From an uncultured Erysipelotrichaceae bacterium (GTDB taxonomy: Bacteria; Bacillota_I; Bacilli_A; RF39; UBA660), in assembly GCA_902784095.1 (NCBI GenBank), contig CACZTK010000060.1, forward strand, positions 1 to 47,633: a DNA stretch of 47,633 bases. The letters are read 5' to 3'. Below the pieces are notes generated by a model that did not search any database, was not told where the DNA came from, and saw only the letters and a list, made by a program, of their open reading frames with translations. This document shows positions 28,095-36,913 of the stretch, one piece after another (within the stretch, counting starts at the first letter, position 1; every line of letters starts with the position of its first letter). Position numbers and translations under genes: made by a program.

Positions 28095-28514
28095 ATGAAG
28101 AATACTTATATATTCGAATATTTAGATGAAAATGATTTTAGAAAAAAAGAAAGATCAGTTAGAAAATATAATATGTTAGCTTATAAAAAATTAACATTTA
28201 CATATTATCCAGAACTAAGACAAGGTAATTTCTTAGGAGAAGAAATTTCTAAAGATACTAAAGCAAAAACTATTTCATACGAATTAAAATTACCTACAGA
28301 TGAGATGTTTGCTAAAGTTCATGGTGAAATTAGACTTCATTATACCGTTTATACTGATAAAGGAATAATATTGCTTACAAATATAACTCCTGAAGGTATA
28401 TTAGATGAAGGTCACCGTGCAGAACTATCTACTTATAAAGGTGTAATGGTATCTAAAACAGATCCTGAAAGAGATATGTTTAAAATCAATTTACTAAATA
28501 TGTTAGGTAAGTAA
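28095..28514 (+). CDS. hypothetical protein (139 aa)
   Basis: The ATG at 28095 follows GGGGGG. The upstream in-frame extension to 28038 would run through the UTR hairpin, so I do not use it. The function is unknown. Confidence 0.75.
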   Translation: MKNTYIFEYLDENDFRKKERSVRKYNMLAYKKLTFTYYPELRQGNFLGEEISKDTKAKTISYELKLPTDEMFAKVHGEIRLHYTVYTDKGIILLTNITPEGILDEGHRAELSTYKGVMVSKTDPERDMFKINLLNMLGK

Positions 28515-28533
28515 TAGATAGTAGGTGTTATTA

Positions 28534-29319
28534 ATGAGTAAAGAATTAATAATAAAAGATTTTAAAAGTAAATTAAAAGATGCTAGAGAATTTTGTCCAG
28601 GTATGTCAGATGAGATATATGAAATATGTAACTACATGTCAAATATTGCAAATGACACAGTTAAGCCAGAAACTATTGCTTTACTAATTGTCTGTATATT
28701 GGATGACATTTCAAAAAAGAAAAGTGGCTTTCCAAAAGCTACATTACCTGACTATTTAATTGTTCATGGTAATCAATGTATTGCCCAAATGCAATACTTT
28801 CCTCAAGTAATTGATGAAATTGCCAATGAAGAATTTGCAGAGAGTTTCAGAGAAATATGTGAAGACAAATTAAAAATGTATTGTCCAAAAAGAATTAGAG
28901 TAAGTCAAGAAAACAATTATCCGGAAAATATTGAAGTAGCAGTAAACTGGTGGGCAAATGCAATACAATCACCAAAAATGGACAATGGTACTGACATTTT
29001 TGCTATTTTCTCAGTAATGTTGGCTAATAAAGAATATACTCAAGAAGAAATAAGTGAATTTAAAGAAATTTTAGCAAACAATATAGAAAAAGAAATGAAA
29101 AAAAATAGGAGATGTACATTAGATGTTGATTATGGTCCTTGTGAGCTTTTACAAGAAGCTGGCAACAAAATAGGTATAAGCGATTTTGGATATCCTATTA
29201 AAACACATATGTTAATTACTGATGATCAAGTAATCGTAAGTGAGGGATACAAAGCACCTAATAAAACTATTTGGTCTAAAGAAAGAATTGAATATAAAAT
29301 AAAAACAAAAGAAAAATAG
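28534..29319 (+). CDS. hypothetical protein (261 aa)
   Basis: The ATG at 28534 lies 19 nt after the preceding stop. I recognise no catalytic motif. The C-terminal half carries WWANAI...LDVDYGPCELLQEAG...PIKTHMLI. Confidence 0.8.
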   Translation: MSKELIIKDFKSKLKDAREFCPGMSDEIYEICNYMSNIANDTVKPETIALLIVCILDDISKKKSGFPKATLPDYLIVHGNQCIAQMQYFPQVIDEIANEEFAESFREICEDKLKMYCPKRIRVSQENNYPENIEVAVNWWANAIQSPKMDNGTDIFAIFSVMLANKEYTQEEISEFKEILANNIEKEMKKNRRCTLDVDYGPCELLQEAGNKIGISDFGYPIKTHMLITDDQVIVSEGYKAPNKTIWSKERIEYKIKTKEK

Positions 29320-29384
29320 AAAATATCTATTTTTTCTTTTTGTTTTGTGATATTATATATATAGTTTTAAAAGGAGGTAATAAA

Positions 29385-30107
29385 ATGAGTGGACATTCAA
29401 AATGGGCTACAATTCATAGAAAGAAAGGATTAATTGATGCAGCAAGAGGAAAAGTATTTCAAAAACTAGCAAAAGAATTATTTGTTGCAGCTAAATCAGG
29501 TACACCAGATCCTGATCAAAATGCATCACTTAGAATGGTCGTTGAAAAAGCTAAAGCTGCTAATATGCCAAAAGATAATATTCAAAAAGCAATTGATAAA
29601 GCAAAGGGTGCAGGAGATAATGAACATTATGATCAAATAAGATATGAAGGATATGGACCTTGTGGAGTTGCTGTTATGGTAGATTGTCTTACTGATAATA
29701 AGAATAGAACAGCATCATTTGTAAGATCAACTTTCACTAAAAAAGGAGGAAACCTAGGTACTGATGGTTCTGTCAGCTACATTTTTGAAAGAAAAGGTTC
29801 AATTGTTATTCCTAATACCTACAATGAAGATGATATTATGCTTTCAGCACTTGATGCAGGAGCATTAGATATTGAAAATGATGGAGAAAACTATAACATT
29901 ACAACTTCTCCAGAAGATATGTTAAAAGTAAAAGATGCATTATCTGAAGTAGGAGTAGATACCTTTTTAGAAAGTGAAGTAACATACTTACCTAATATGG
30001 AAGTAGAAGTAGATGATGAAGAAAAGAAAGAAAAAGTCATAGAATTAGTTGAACAATTAGAAGATTTGGATGATGTTCAAAGTGTATATTTTAATATGAA
30101 AGACTAA
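29385..30107 (+). CDS. yebC: YebC/PmpR family DNA-binding transcriptional regulator
   Basis: The ATG at 29385 follows AAGGAGGTAA. It has the MSGHSKWATIHRKKG...RGKVFQKLAKEL signature. Confidence 0.9.
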   Translation: MSGHSKWATIHRKKGLIDAARGKVFQKLAKELFVAAKSGTPDPDQNASLRMVVEKAKAANMPKDNIQKAIDKAKGAGDNEHYDQIRYEGYGPCGVAVMVDCLTDNKNRTASFVRSTFTKKGGNLGTDGSVSYIFERKGSIVIPNTYNEDDIMLSALDAGALDIENDGENYNITTSPEDMLKVKDALSEVGVDTFLESEVTYLPNMEVEVDDEEKKEKVIELVEQLEDLDDVQSVYFNMKD

Positions 30108-30124
30108 AAATAAGAAATTAAATA

Positions 30125-30153
30125 TTGAAGATATAAAATTTTTTTGATATACT
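30125..30153 (+). promoter_or_regulatory. sigma-A type promoter
   Basis: TTGAAG (30125-30), a 17-nt spacer, then TGaTATACT (30145-53). Confidence 0.5.
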
Positions 30154-30180
30154 AGTAGTGTATAGTATTGGAGTGAGACT

Positions 30181-31071
30181 ATGGCAAAGCAAAAATATAA
30201 AATTAATAATTATAATAATTCGTCATTATTAGTTGAAAATAAAAGACTTAGTAAAGAGTATAAAAGACAAGTTAGGTTTACTATCGTATCGGTGTTTTTT
30301 GTAACAATAGTAATGCTTTCAAGTGCCTATGCTATATTTTCTGACGTTCAAAGACAACAAGGTGATAATACTCTAACAGTTGGAAAATTAAAAATAGATT
30401 TCATTGATAATGAAAATGGAATGGGAAATATAGTTAATTTAAATGGTGCTTTCCCGGTTGATGATACTACAGGTAATGATACTACTCCATATACATTTAA
30501 AATTACAAATAGTGGAACATTAGATGCTAAATTCGTTATTAAAATATTAGATGATGAAGAAGTAATTACAAAAGATGGTTGTTCTAATAATCAATTATCA
30601 AAAGATAAGATTAGAGTTAGTATAAATAAAGGAACTCCATTTACTTTAAGTGAAAAAGAATCATTAGCATATATTATAGACCGTGGTAACTTACTAAAAG
30701 ATGAAAGCAAAACATATGATATTAGAATATGGATAAGTGATCAATCAGGTAATGAAGTTTTAGGAAAACATTATCATGGTAAAATTGTAGTTGAAGGTGA
30801 GAACCTTGTAACAAATGAAAACATTCTTGGAGTTTATACTTACGATGATGAAAATGAAGCAACAAAATGTATTACAGGTGATGAAACAACTTGTTTAGCA
30901 TCAAAATGTTATCAATCAAGATCTGCTAATGCATGTACTACTAATACAATTGTAAGATATAAAACTGGAGAAAATGAATCAAAATATTTTTATGTAATTT
31001 CTGATGTAGGACCTACAATGCAAATTAAACAGATAGATGAACCAACTAATGTTATTACAATAAACAAATAA
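30181..31071 (+). CDS. TasA/camelysin-like exported protein with a SipW-cognate-type signal region
   Basis: A hydrophobic segment (aa 31-47) is followed by SSAYAIFSDVQ...NTLTVGKLKIDF. This resembles the A.(F/Y)(S/T)D motif and the following N.f..G.l.l strand of SipW-dependent proteins. Confidence 0.55.
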   Translation: MAKQKYKINNYNNSSLLVENKRLSKEYKRQVRFTIVSVFFVTIVMLSSAYAIFSDVQRQQGDNTLTVGKLKIDFIDNENGMGNIVNLNGAFPVDDTTGNDTTPYTFKITNSGTLDAKFVIKILDDEEVITKDGCSNNQLSKDKIRVSINKGTPFTLSEKESLAYIIDRGNLLKDESKTYDIRIWISDQSGNEVLGKHYHGKIVVEGENLVTNENILGVYTYDDENEATKCITGDETTCLASKCYQSRSANACTTNTIVRYKTGENESKYFYVISDVGPTMQIKQIDEPTNVITINK

Positions 31072-31099
31072 AGAAAATCTAATTATAGATTTTCTTTTT
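31071..31099. terminator. bidirectional terminator between convergent genes
   Basis: There is a perfect 11-bp stem, AAGAAAATCTA (31071-81) / TAGATTTTCTT (31086-96), with T runs on both strands. It overlaps the last codons of rarA. Confidence 0.65.
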
Positions 31100-32309
31100 C
31101 TTTTAGTTTTTCTATTCTTTCATAGATATCTTTTATTTCTTTTTCATATCCTATATCTCTTGGATGGTAATACTTTTTATTTCTTAATTTATCGGGCAAA
31201 TACTGTTGTACAACAAACGCACCCTTATAATCATGCGGGTATTTATACTCACTTGAATCTGTTCTCAAATGCTTTGGTAGTGAGCCTACATTTCCATTTT
31301 CGACATCACTTAAAGCTTCATCAAAAGCCGTATGAGCAGTATTACTTTTTGGTGATAATGCCATTTCAGTGACAATAGTCCCTAAAGGTATTCTAGCTTC
31401 TGGTAATCCAACTCTTTCAGCAGCATTAATAGCAGCATCTAGTCTTGGACCAATAGATGGATTAGCTAAACCTATATCTTCATAGACTATAACACTTAAT
31501 CTCCTATATATAGAATCTAAATCACCCTCCAATACTAACCTTGCTAAATAATGAAGAGCAGCATTGACATCACTACCTCTAATTGATTTTTGAAGCCCAG
31601 ATAAAACATCATAATGTCCATCACCATTTTTATCAGAAAAGAATACTGGTTTATTATTAATTGCTTTTATCTTTTCTTCATCTACTTTTTTATCATCAGT
31701 AGAGTAGTATGCAATTTCTAAAAGATTATAAGCATATCTTAAATCATTACAAGCTAATTTTGCAATTAATTTGATTGATTTATCATCTATTTTTATTTCT
31801 TTTAAATCAGGATGTTTTATAGCATTCTTTAATGCCTTAATTATATCCTTTTCATCTAATTCTTTTAATTCAAATAACTGGCATCTACTTCTTATAGCGG
31901 GATTTATAGAGTGAAATGGATTAGAAGTAGTCATCCCTATTAGAGTAATTAATCCAGATTCTAATTGAGGTAATAATAAGTCTTGTTTATCCTTATTCAT
32001 ACGATGTATCTCGTCCATTATTAAAACAATACCATCATACATCTTTGCTTCTTCTATAACCACTTCAAGATCTTTCTTGTTATTAATAGTAGCATTTAAA
32101 AAACGATATCTAACACCTAAATCATTTACAATGGCATTAGCAATAGATGTTTTACCTATCCCTGGTTTACCATACAATATCATTGAAAATACTTTTTTAT
32201 TGTTAACTAAATTAGTTAAAATTTTACCATTACCAATTAAATGACTCTGACCATAAACCTCTTTTAAAGATTTTGGTGCTAATTTTAGTGCCAAAGGTTT
32301 GTTATTCAT
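31083..32309 (-). CDS. rarA: replication-associated recombination protein A (AAA+ ATPase RarA/MgsA)
   Basis: The ATG at 32309 follows AGGTGA. Motifs: Walker A YGKPGIGKTS, Walker B VLIMDEIHR, and the MgsA C-terminal helical domain (HYDVLSGLQKSIRGSD). Confidence 0.9.
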   Translation of the reverse strand: MNNKPLALKLAPKSLKEVYGQSHLIGNGKILTNLVNNKKVFSMILYGKPGIGKTSIANAIVNDLGVRYRFLNATINNKKDLEVVIEEAKMYDGIVLIMDEIHRMNKDKQDLLLPQLESGLITLIGMTTSNPFHSINPAIRSRCQLFELKELDEKDIIKALKNAIKHPDLKEIKIDDKSIKLIAKLACNDLRYAYNLLEIAYYSTDDKKVDEEKIKAINNKPVFFSDKNGDGHYDVLSGLQKSIRGSDVNAALHYLARLVLEGDLDSIYRRLSVIVYEDIGLANPSIGPRLDAAINAAERVGLPEARIPLGTIVTEMALSPKSNTAHTAFDEALSDVENGNVGSLPKHLRTDSSEYKYPHDYKGAFVVQQYLPDKLRNKKYYHPRDIGYEKEIKDIYERIEKLKEKENL

Positions 32310-32398
32310 AATAATCACCTATATATATTTTACTAAACTCTTAATCAATTTACTAGAAAAAAATAAAATATTACATTATAATATATATAGGTGATAGT

Positions 32399-33292
32399 AT
32401 GGATATAACACTTGCAATAGATGATTTTATTAATTATTGTGTATTTGAAAAAGGTCTATCTGACAAAACAAAAGAATCATACATATATGATTTAACAGTA
32501 TATAAAGAGTATTTAGATAAAAATAAAATTACTAAAGTTAATCATATAACTACTGAAGATATAGAAAAGTTTCTAAAAAACAGAATCAAAACTGAGAAAG
32601 ATTCTACTGTTGCACATAATTTAACTGTAATTAAAAATTTTCATTCATACTTATTAAAAAGTGATATTATAAAAAAAGATGTTAGTGAAAACATTGCAAG
32701 ACCAAAACTACAAAAAAAACTACCTAAAACACTAAGTATAGATGATATTGATAAATTATTAGATATAGAATTAAAAGATAATTATGACTATAGAAATAAA
32801 GCTATGATAGAATTAATGTATGGATCAGGACTTAGAGTATCAGAACTTATAAGTCTAGATATTCATAGTGTTGACTTTACTAATTGCATCATTAGAATTA
32901 CTGGAAAAGGTAGTAAAGATCGAATAGTTCCAGTTGGAGAATATAGTATGTATTATCTAGATAAGTATTTAGAAATTAGAAATTCGATGCTTAAGGATGA
33001 AAATACTGATGCACTATTCTTAAATAATCATGGTAAAAGAATGACTAGACAAGGTTTTTTCAAAAATCTAAAAACCATACTTAGAAAAAAAGGGTTAAAT
33101 GAAGATATATCACCACATACATTAAGGCACTCTTTTGCAACTCATCTACTAGAAAGAGGAGCTGATTTAAGAAGTATTCAAGAACTATTAGGTCACTCAG
33201 ATATAGCAACAACAAGAATATATACCCATATTAGTGATAATATGGTAAAAAAAGAATATGAAAAATATCATCCAAGAGAACATAAGAACTAG
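32399..33292 (+). CDS. xerD: tyrosine recombinase XerD (RipX-like)
   Basis: Motifs: GSGLRVSEL, HTLRHSFATHLLERGADLRSIQELLGHSDIATTRIYTHI. Confidence 0.85.
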   Translation: MDITLAIDDFINYCVFEKGLSDKTKESYIYDLTVYKEYLDKNKITKVNHITTEDIEKFLKNRIKTEKDSTVAHNLTVIKNFHSYLLKSDIIKKDVSENIARPKLQKKLPKTLSIDDIDKLLDIELKDNYDYRNKAMIELMYGSGLRVSELISLDIHSVDFTNCIIRITGKGSKDRIVPVGEYSMYYLDKYLEIRNSMLKDENTDALFLNNHGKRMTRQGFFKNLKTILRKKGLNEDISPHTLRHSFATHLLERGADLRSIQELLGHSDIATTRIYTHISDNMVKKEYEKYHPREHKN

Positions 33293-33360
33293 TATATGCG
33301 TATTTGACTACATAGACTATTATATGATAAACTAACTACATAGGCTTTGAGGTGAGACAA

Positions 33361-34527
33361 ATGAAATTTAAGAGAATATTTCTAATGGTATTAAATTCCG
33401 TTGGAGTAGGGGAAGCTAAAGATGCAGCTAATTATGGAGATATAGGGTCCAATACATTAGGACATATTAAGGAACAAACGGACTTATTTATTCCTAATTT
33501 AAAAAAGATTGGTTTTTTAGATACGATTAATATGAATGAAAATAGCAATGTTGATGCATATTATACTATCGCAGAACCAAATAATGCTGGTAAAGATTCT
33601 TTAAATGCTCATTATGAAATGATGGGTATTACAAATAATATAGAGTTTAGAACATTCAATGATGGATTTCCTACAGAATTATTAAATGAAATTGAACAAG
33701 TTACAGGTAGAAGAGTAATAGGAAATATTTGTTGTAATAATGATAGTATAATTAAAGAATTAGGAGAAAGACAACTTAATTATGGTTCTCTAATTGTATA
33801 TACATCTGCTGATTCTGATTTACAAGTAGCTGCTCATGAAGATGTAATTCCAGTTTCTGTTTTATATCAGTATTGCGAAAAAATAAGAGCAATTACTCTA
33901 CGTGAAGATTGGAGAGTAGGGAGTGTTATCGCTAGACCTTTCTTAGGAAGCAACGGACACTATCGTTTTTCTAATAGTGGAAGAAAAGATTATGCCGTAA
34001 AGCCTCCAAAAAGGACAATTTTAGACGATTTAAATGATAATAGGTATAATGTTATAGCAATAGGTAAAATTAACGATATATTTGGTGGTAGTGGTATAAA
34101 TAAAAGTATTAAAGCTACAACTAATATGGAAGCAGTTAATAAACTTAGTGATATTATGGATAAGAGTTTTACAGGGTTATGTATGGTTAATCTACCAGAT
34201 TTTGATTCTTTATATGGTCACGCTAGAAATGTAGATGGTTATGCTAAAGCATTAGAAGAATTAGACGTGGAAATTCCAATGATTATTAATAGATTAGAAT
34301 TAGATGATTTATTAATAATTACGGCAGATCATGGTAATGATCCAACATATCAAGGTACTGATCATACAAGAGAAAATGTACCAGTAATTTTATATAGTAG
34401 AAGCTTTTTAGAACCAAAAATATTGCCTAAATTAAACACACTAGCTGATATAGGAGCAACTATTGCAGATAATTTTAATGTATCTTCACCTGAAATTGGC
34501 AAGAGCATATTAAGTAGTTTAAAATAG
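33361..34527 (+). CDS. deoB: phosphopentomutase
   Basis: The ATG at 33361 follows GAGGTGAG. Motifs: GVGEAKDAANYGDIGSNTLGHI, DFDSLYGHARN, ITADHGNDPT, GTDHTRENVP. The usual first metal-ligand Asp reads Asn (LNSVG). Confidence 0.85.
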   Translation: MKFKRIFLMVLNSVGVGEAKDAANYGDIGSNTLGHIKEQTDLFIPNLKKIGFLDTINMNENSNVDAYYTIAEPNNAGKDSLNAHYEMMGITNNIEFRTFNDGFPTELLNEIEQVTGRRVIGNICCNNDSIIKELGERQLNYGSLIVYTSADSDLQVAAHEDVIPVSVLYQYCEKIRAITLREDWRVGSVIARPFLGSNGHYRFSNSGRKDYAVKPPKRTILDDLNDNRYNVIAIGKINDIFGGSGINKSIKATTNMEAVNKLSDIMDKSFTGLCMVNLPDFDSLYGHARNVDGYAKALEELDVEIPMIINRLELDDLLIITADHGNDPTYQGTDHTRENVPVILYSRSFLEPKILPKLNTLADIGATIADNFNVSSPEIGKSILSSLK

Positions 34528-34551
34528 AGTAGGAGAGACTACTCTTTTTTT
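34526..34551 (+). terminator. rho-independent terminator
   Basis: AGAGTAG (34526-32) pairs with CTACTCT (34539-45), followed by TTTTTT. Confidence 0.75.
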
Positions 34552-35009
34552 AATTATTAGATTAGTTTATTACCCCTAAAACTTATATAAGTGATTTATA
34601 TATATAATGATAATAAACTAAAATTAGTAAAATATAAGAAATAAGAATCATATAAATAATAGTATTATTATATGATAGTAATGTAATAAAAATATTGATA
34701 CTCCCCCTCTTCTATTATTTATAAATTAATAGGAGTGTAGTAGAGGAGTATATCCCTACAATTTAATTAAATTAAATTAAATGCATAATTATCCATCTAT
34801 TAAAAGATAAATCGCTTAGAATCCATTATAATAATCATAGATATACAATCTATATATAAATATATTAAATGTAATCTAATTCAGATTGATTATATATTTA
34901 TTAGTAATTATACATTATATATAATAGAATTGTATTATAAATATAAAATAGTAATATCTCTATTTGTTTACAAATGGATAACTTATAATGTATTTAAACT
35001 AAATACGAT

Positions 35010-35037
35010 ACTTCCTATAATTGATATTATGTTAACT
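35010..35037 (+). other. dif: dif chromosome-dimer resolution site (XerC/XerD target)
   Basis: ACTTCCTATAA-TTGATA-TTATGTTAACT compares with B. subtilis dif ACTTCCTAGAA-TATATA-TTATGTAAACT (from memory). That is 24/28 identical, with 10/11 in each arm. It lies in the non-coding gap where gene orientation switches from + to -. Confidence 0.8.
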
Positions 35038-35075
35038 TCTTATTTATAAATAAAATATATACAATTATATATATC

Positions 35076-36059
35076 TTATTTAATTAATAACGATTTTAGA
35101 TTCTTTTTAGGTACCATTGTATTCATTAAACTATTAATACTAGATAAATACTCCTCTGTATCAATATAAAAGTCTTTCAAACTATCTTGTTCAGAATCTA
35201 ATACTTCTGATACATATTTATCTTTTTCTTGTAAATCAGATATATTTATATGTTTAAATACTTTCTTATTATGATTATTAAATAAAGTAGTAATATCTTC
35301 ATCTGGATTATTCATTATCTTACTATAATCACTATAGCTTACATAGTAATTAAATTCACCAATCCTATATTCATCTATATCTATACTTCTTCCATATATT
35401 ACTATATCTTCTTTATCACATTTATTATCAAAATAATTTTCAAATTGTATAAATAAACCAGATGTTGGACAATATCCATAAAAGCCTTCATTATCTACAC
35501 ATGTTATTTGATGGTTAGCATATACTCTATTACCAAATAATGAATTTAATCTAACAATACCATTCTTGTGTTTTTTACGTCTATAAGTAGCCACATAGGT
35601 ATTGTACCCATTCTCCCCTGCTCTACCCTCTAAATCAGTTAAAAATGAGCTCATATGGCGGCATACATATGATCCTGTAGCAACATAACATCCTTCCAAT
35701 TCATCCAAATCCATAAATGATGATATATTTAAATTAGAATTATATATATGTCTAAATGAATTATCGTAACCATGTTTTTTATTATATGATAAGTAACCAT
35801 TATCTAGCATCTTTTTATAAGCAAATGCTATCATATCAACATCTGTAATATTTAGACTTGCCAAAAATTCAATATATCTATCTAAATATGAATTATATAA
35901 AGTCATACAATTATTATATGTTTCTGTTGTCCTAAGCATTGAATATAATAATTCTTTAACTATATTACCATTATCACATACTTCTGTTATTAATTCTTCC
36001 AATTTTACAAAATCAATACCTGGTTTTAACGATGGTTTTTCTTTTTCCTGACAAGCCAT
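35076..36059 (-). CDS. hypothetical protein (327 aa) with a possible Cys/His (transglutaminase/papain-like) core
   Basis: The RBS is AAGAAGGAA. GSYVCRHMSSFLTDL ... YANHQITCVDNEGFYGYCPTSG resembles the G.C..f...l / H.w..v / DPT pattern of transglutaminase-like proteases, with Cys in place of Asp. This is weak and rests on pattern only. Confidence 0.35.
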   Translation of the reverse strand: MACQEKEKPSLKPGIDFVKLEELITEVCDNGNIVKELLYSMLRTTETYNNCMTLYNSYLDRYIEFLASLNITDVDMIAFAYKKMLDNGYLSYNKKHGYDNSFRHIYNSNLNISSFMDLDELEGCYVATGSYVCRHMSSFLTDLEGRAGENGYNTYVATYRRKKHKNGIVRLNSLFGNRVYANHQITCVDNEGFYGYCPTSGLFIQFENYFDNKCDKEDIVIYGRSIDIDEYRIGEFNYYVSYSDYSKIMNNPDEDITTLFNNHNKKVFKHINISDLQEKDKYVSEVLDSEQDSLKDFYIDTEEYLSSINSLMNTMVPKKNLKSLLIK

Positions 36060-36095
36060 ATATATTCCTTCTTTACTGACAACATATTATACAAT

Positions 36096-36126
36096 ATAAA
36101 AATAAAAAAAGCAATTGCTTGCTTTT
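36096..36126 (-). terminator. rho-independent terminator after the HTH gene
   Basis: On the - strand, AAAAGCA / TGCTTTT (36107-36126) directly follows the stop, then TTTTTTATTTTT. Confidence 0.55.
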
Positions 36127-36893
36127 TATACTTTTCTTGATTGTATTTCTGCTATTTTTTCTAATACTTCCTTAGCATTTCCTTCATTTATTTCAGTATA
36201 TCCTAATTCTTTTAATGCTTGTATTTTAGCAGTATTTAATTCCTGTGTTCTACTTAATTTTTCTTCATTTTTATGTTCAATATCTTGAACAAATCTCTTA
36301 TGGGCATCTGCAATCTTAGTTCTAGATGAACCACCATTATTATATAATGTCATTGCACTAAACATAATACTTTCAAAAATAAATTGTTGATCTTTATTAT
36401 ATACAAATTCAAGTGGATCAGTAAATCCTAATGACTTAGACATATATGCTAATAGATATTCTAATTCTTTATTATTTTCCATAGATTGTAAGAATTGGTA
36501 TAAATAACAATATGTTGTATATGTATTCTTTGTTTTATCATCTGATAATTTTTCTTTTAATAAGTTAATTATGTCTGATAGTATTTCTTGTTCTTTCTTA
36601 TTGAAACCTCTTAAATCAGCTAAAACTTCTTTATCTGCAGAATTTTTAACGCCTTCATTAAGACGAGATTCTACATCTAAAATATATTCTCCAGTTACTT
36701 CTAATTTACTTAGTTCTTCTTCAGAACTTACATTTAACAAACTAAGAAGTTTTACAGACTTTTCTTTTGGCCATTCTGCCAAAGTAGGTAATGAAATATA
36801 ATTATATAACATTTGTCTTGATACTCCTAAATATTTTGCTAAACGAACTTTACTAACTCCAATTTCTGATAATACTTTGTTTATATTTTCCAT
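36126..36893 (-). CDS. XRE-family helix-turn-helix protein with a 190-aa C-terminal domain of unknown function
   Basis: The N-terminal region VSKVRLAKYLGVSRQMLYNYIS is a classic HTH. The RBS is AGGAGGG. Confidence 0.75.
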   Translation of the reverse strand: MENINKVLSEIGVSKVRLAKYLGVSRQMLYNYISLPTLAEWPKEKSVKLLSLLNVSSEEELSKLEVTGEYILDVESRLNEGVKNSADKEVLADLRGFNKKEQEILSDIINLLKEKLSDDKTKNTYTTYCYLYQFLQSMENNKELEYLLAYMSKSLGFTDPLEFVYNKDQQFIFESIMFSAMTLYNNGGSSRTKIADAHKRFVQDIEHKNEEKLSRTQELNTAKIQALKELGYTEINEGNAKEVLEKIAEIQSRKV

Positions 36894-36913
36894 TATGTTA
36901 CCCTCCTAATATA

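Noticed and set aside
33307-33343. A 9-nt direct repeat, ACTACATAG (33307-15 and 33335-43), lies upstream of deoB and could be an operator.
   Set aside because: It is too short to be significant in this base composition, and it matches no operator consensus that I can name (for example cre).
34973-35000. A direct-orientation half-site, GTATTTAAACT (9/11 to the B. subtilis XerD arm), lies 9 nt upstream of dif.
   Set aside because: The would-be XerC arm (AATGGATAACT) matches at only about 4/11. No DNA lies between it and the genuine dif that could represent an element. I treat it as chance or a decayed relic, not a feature.
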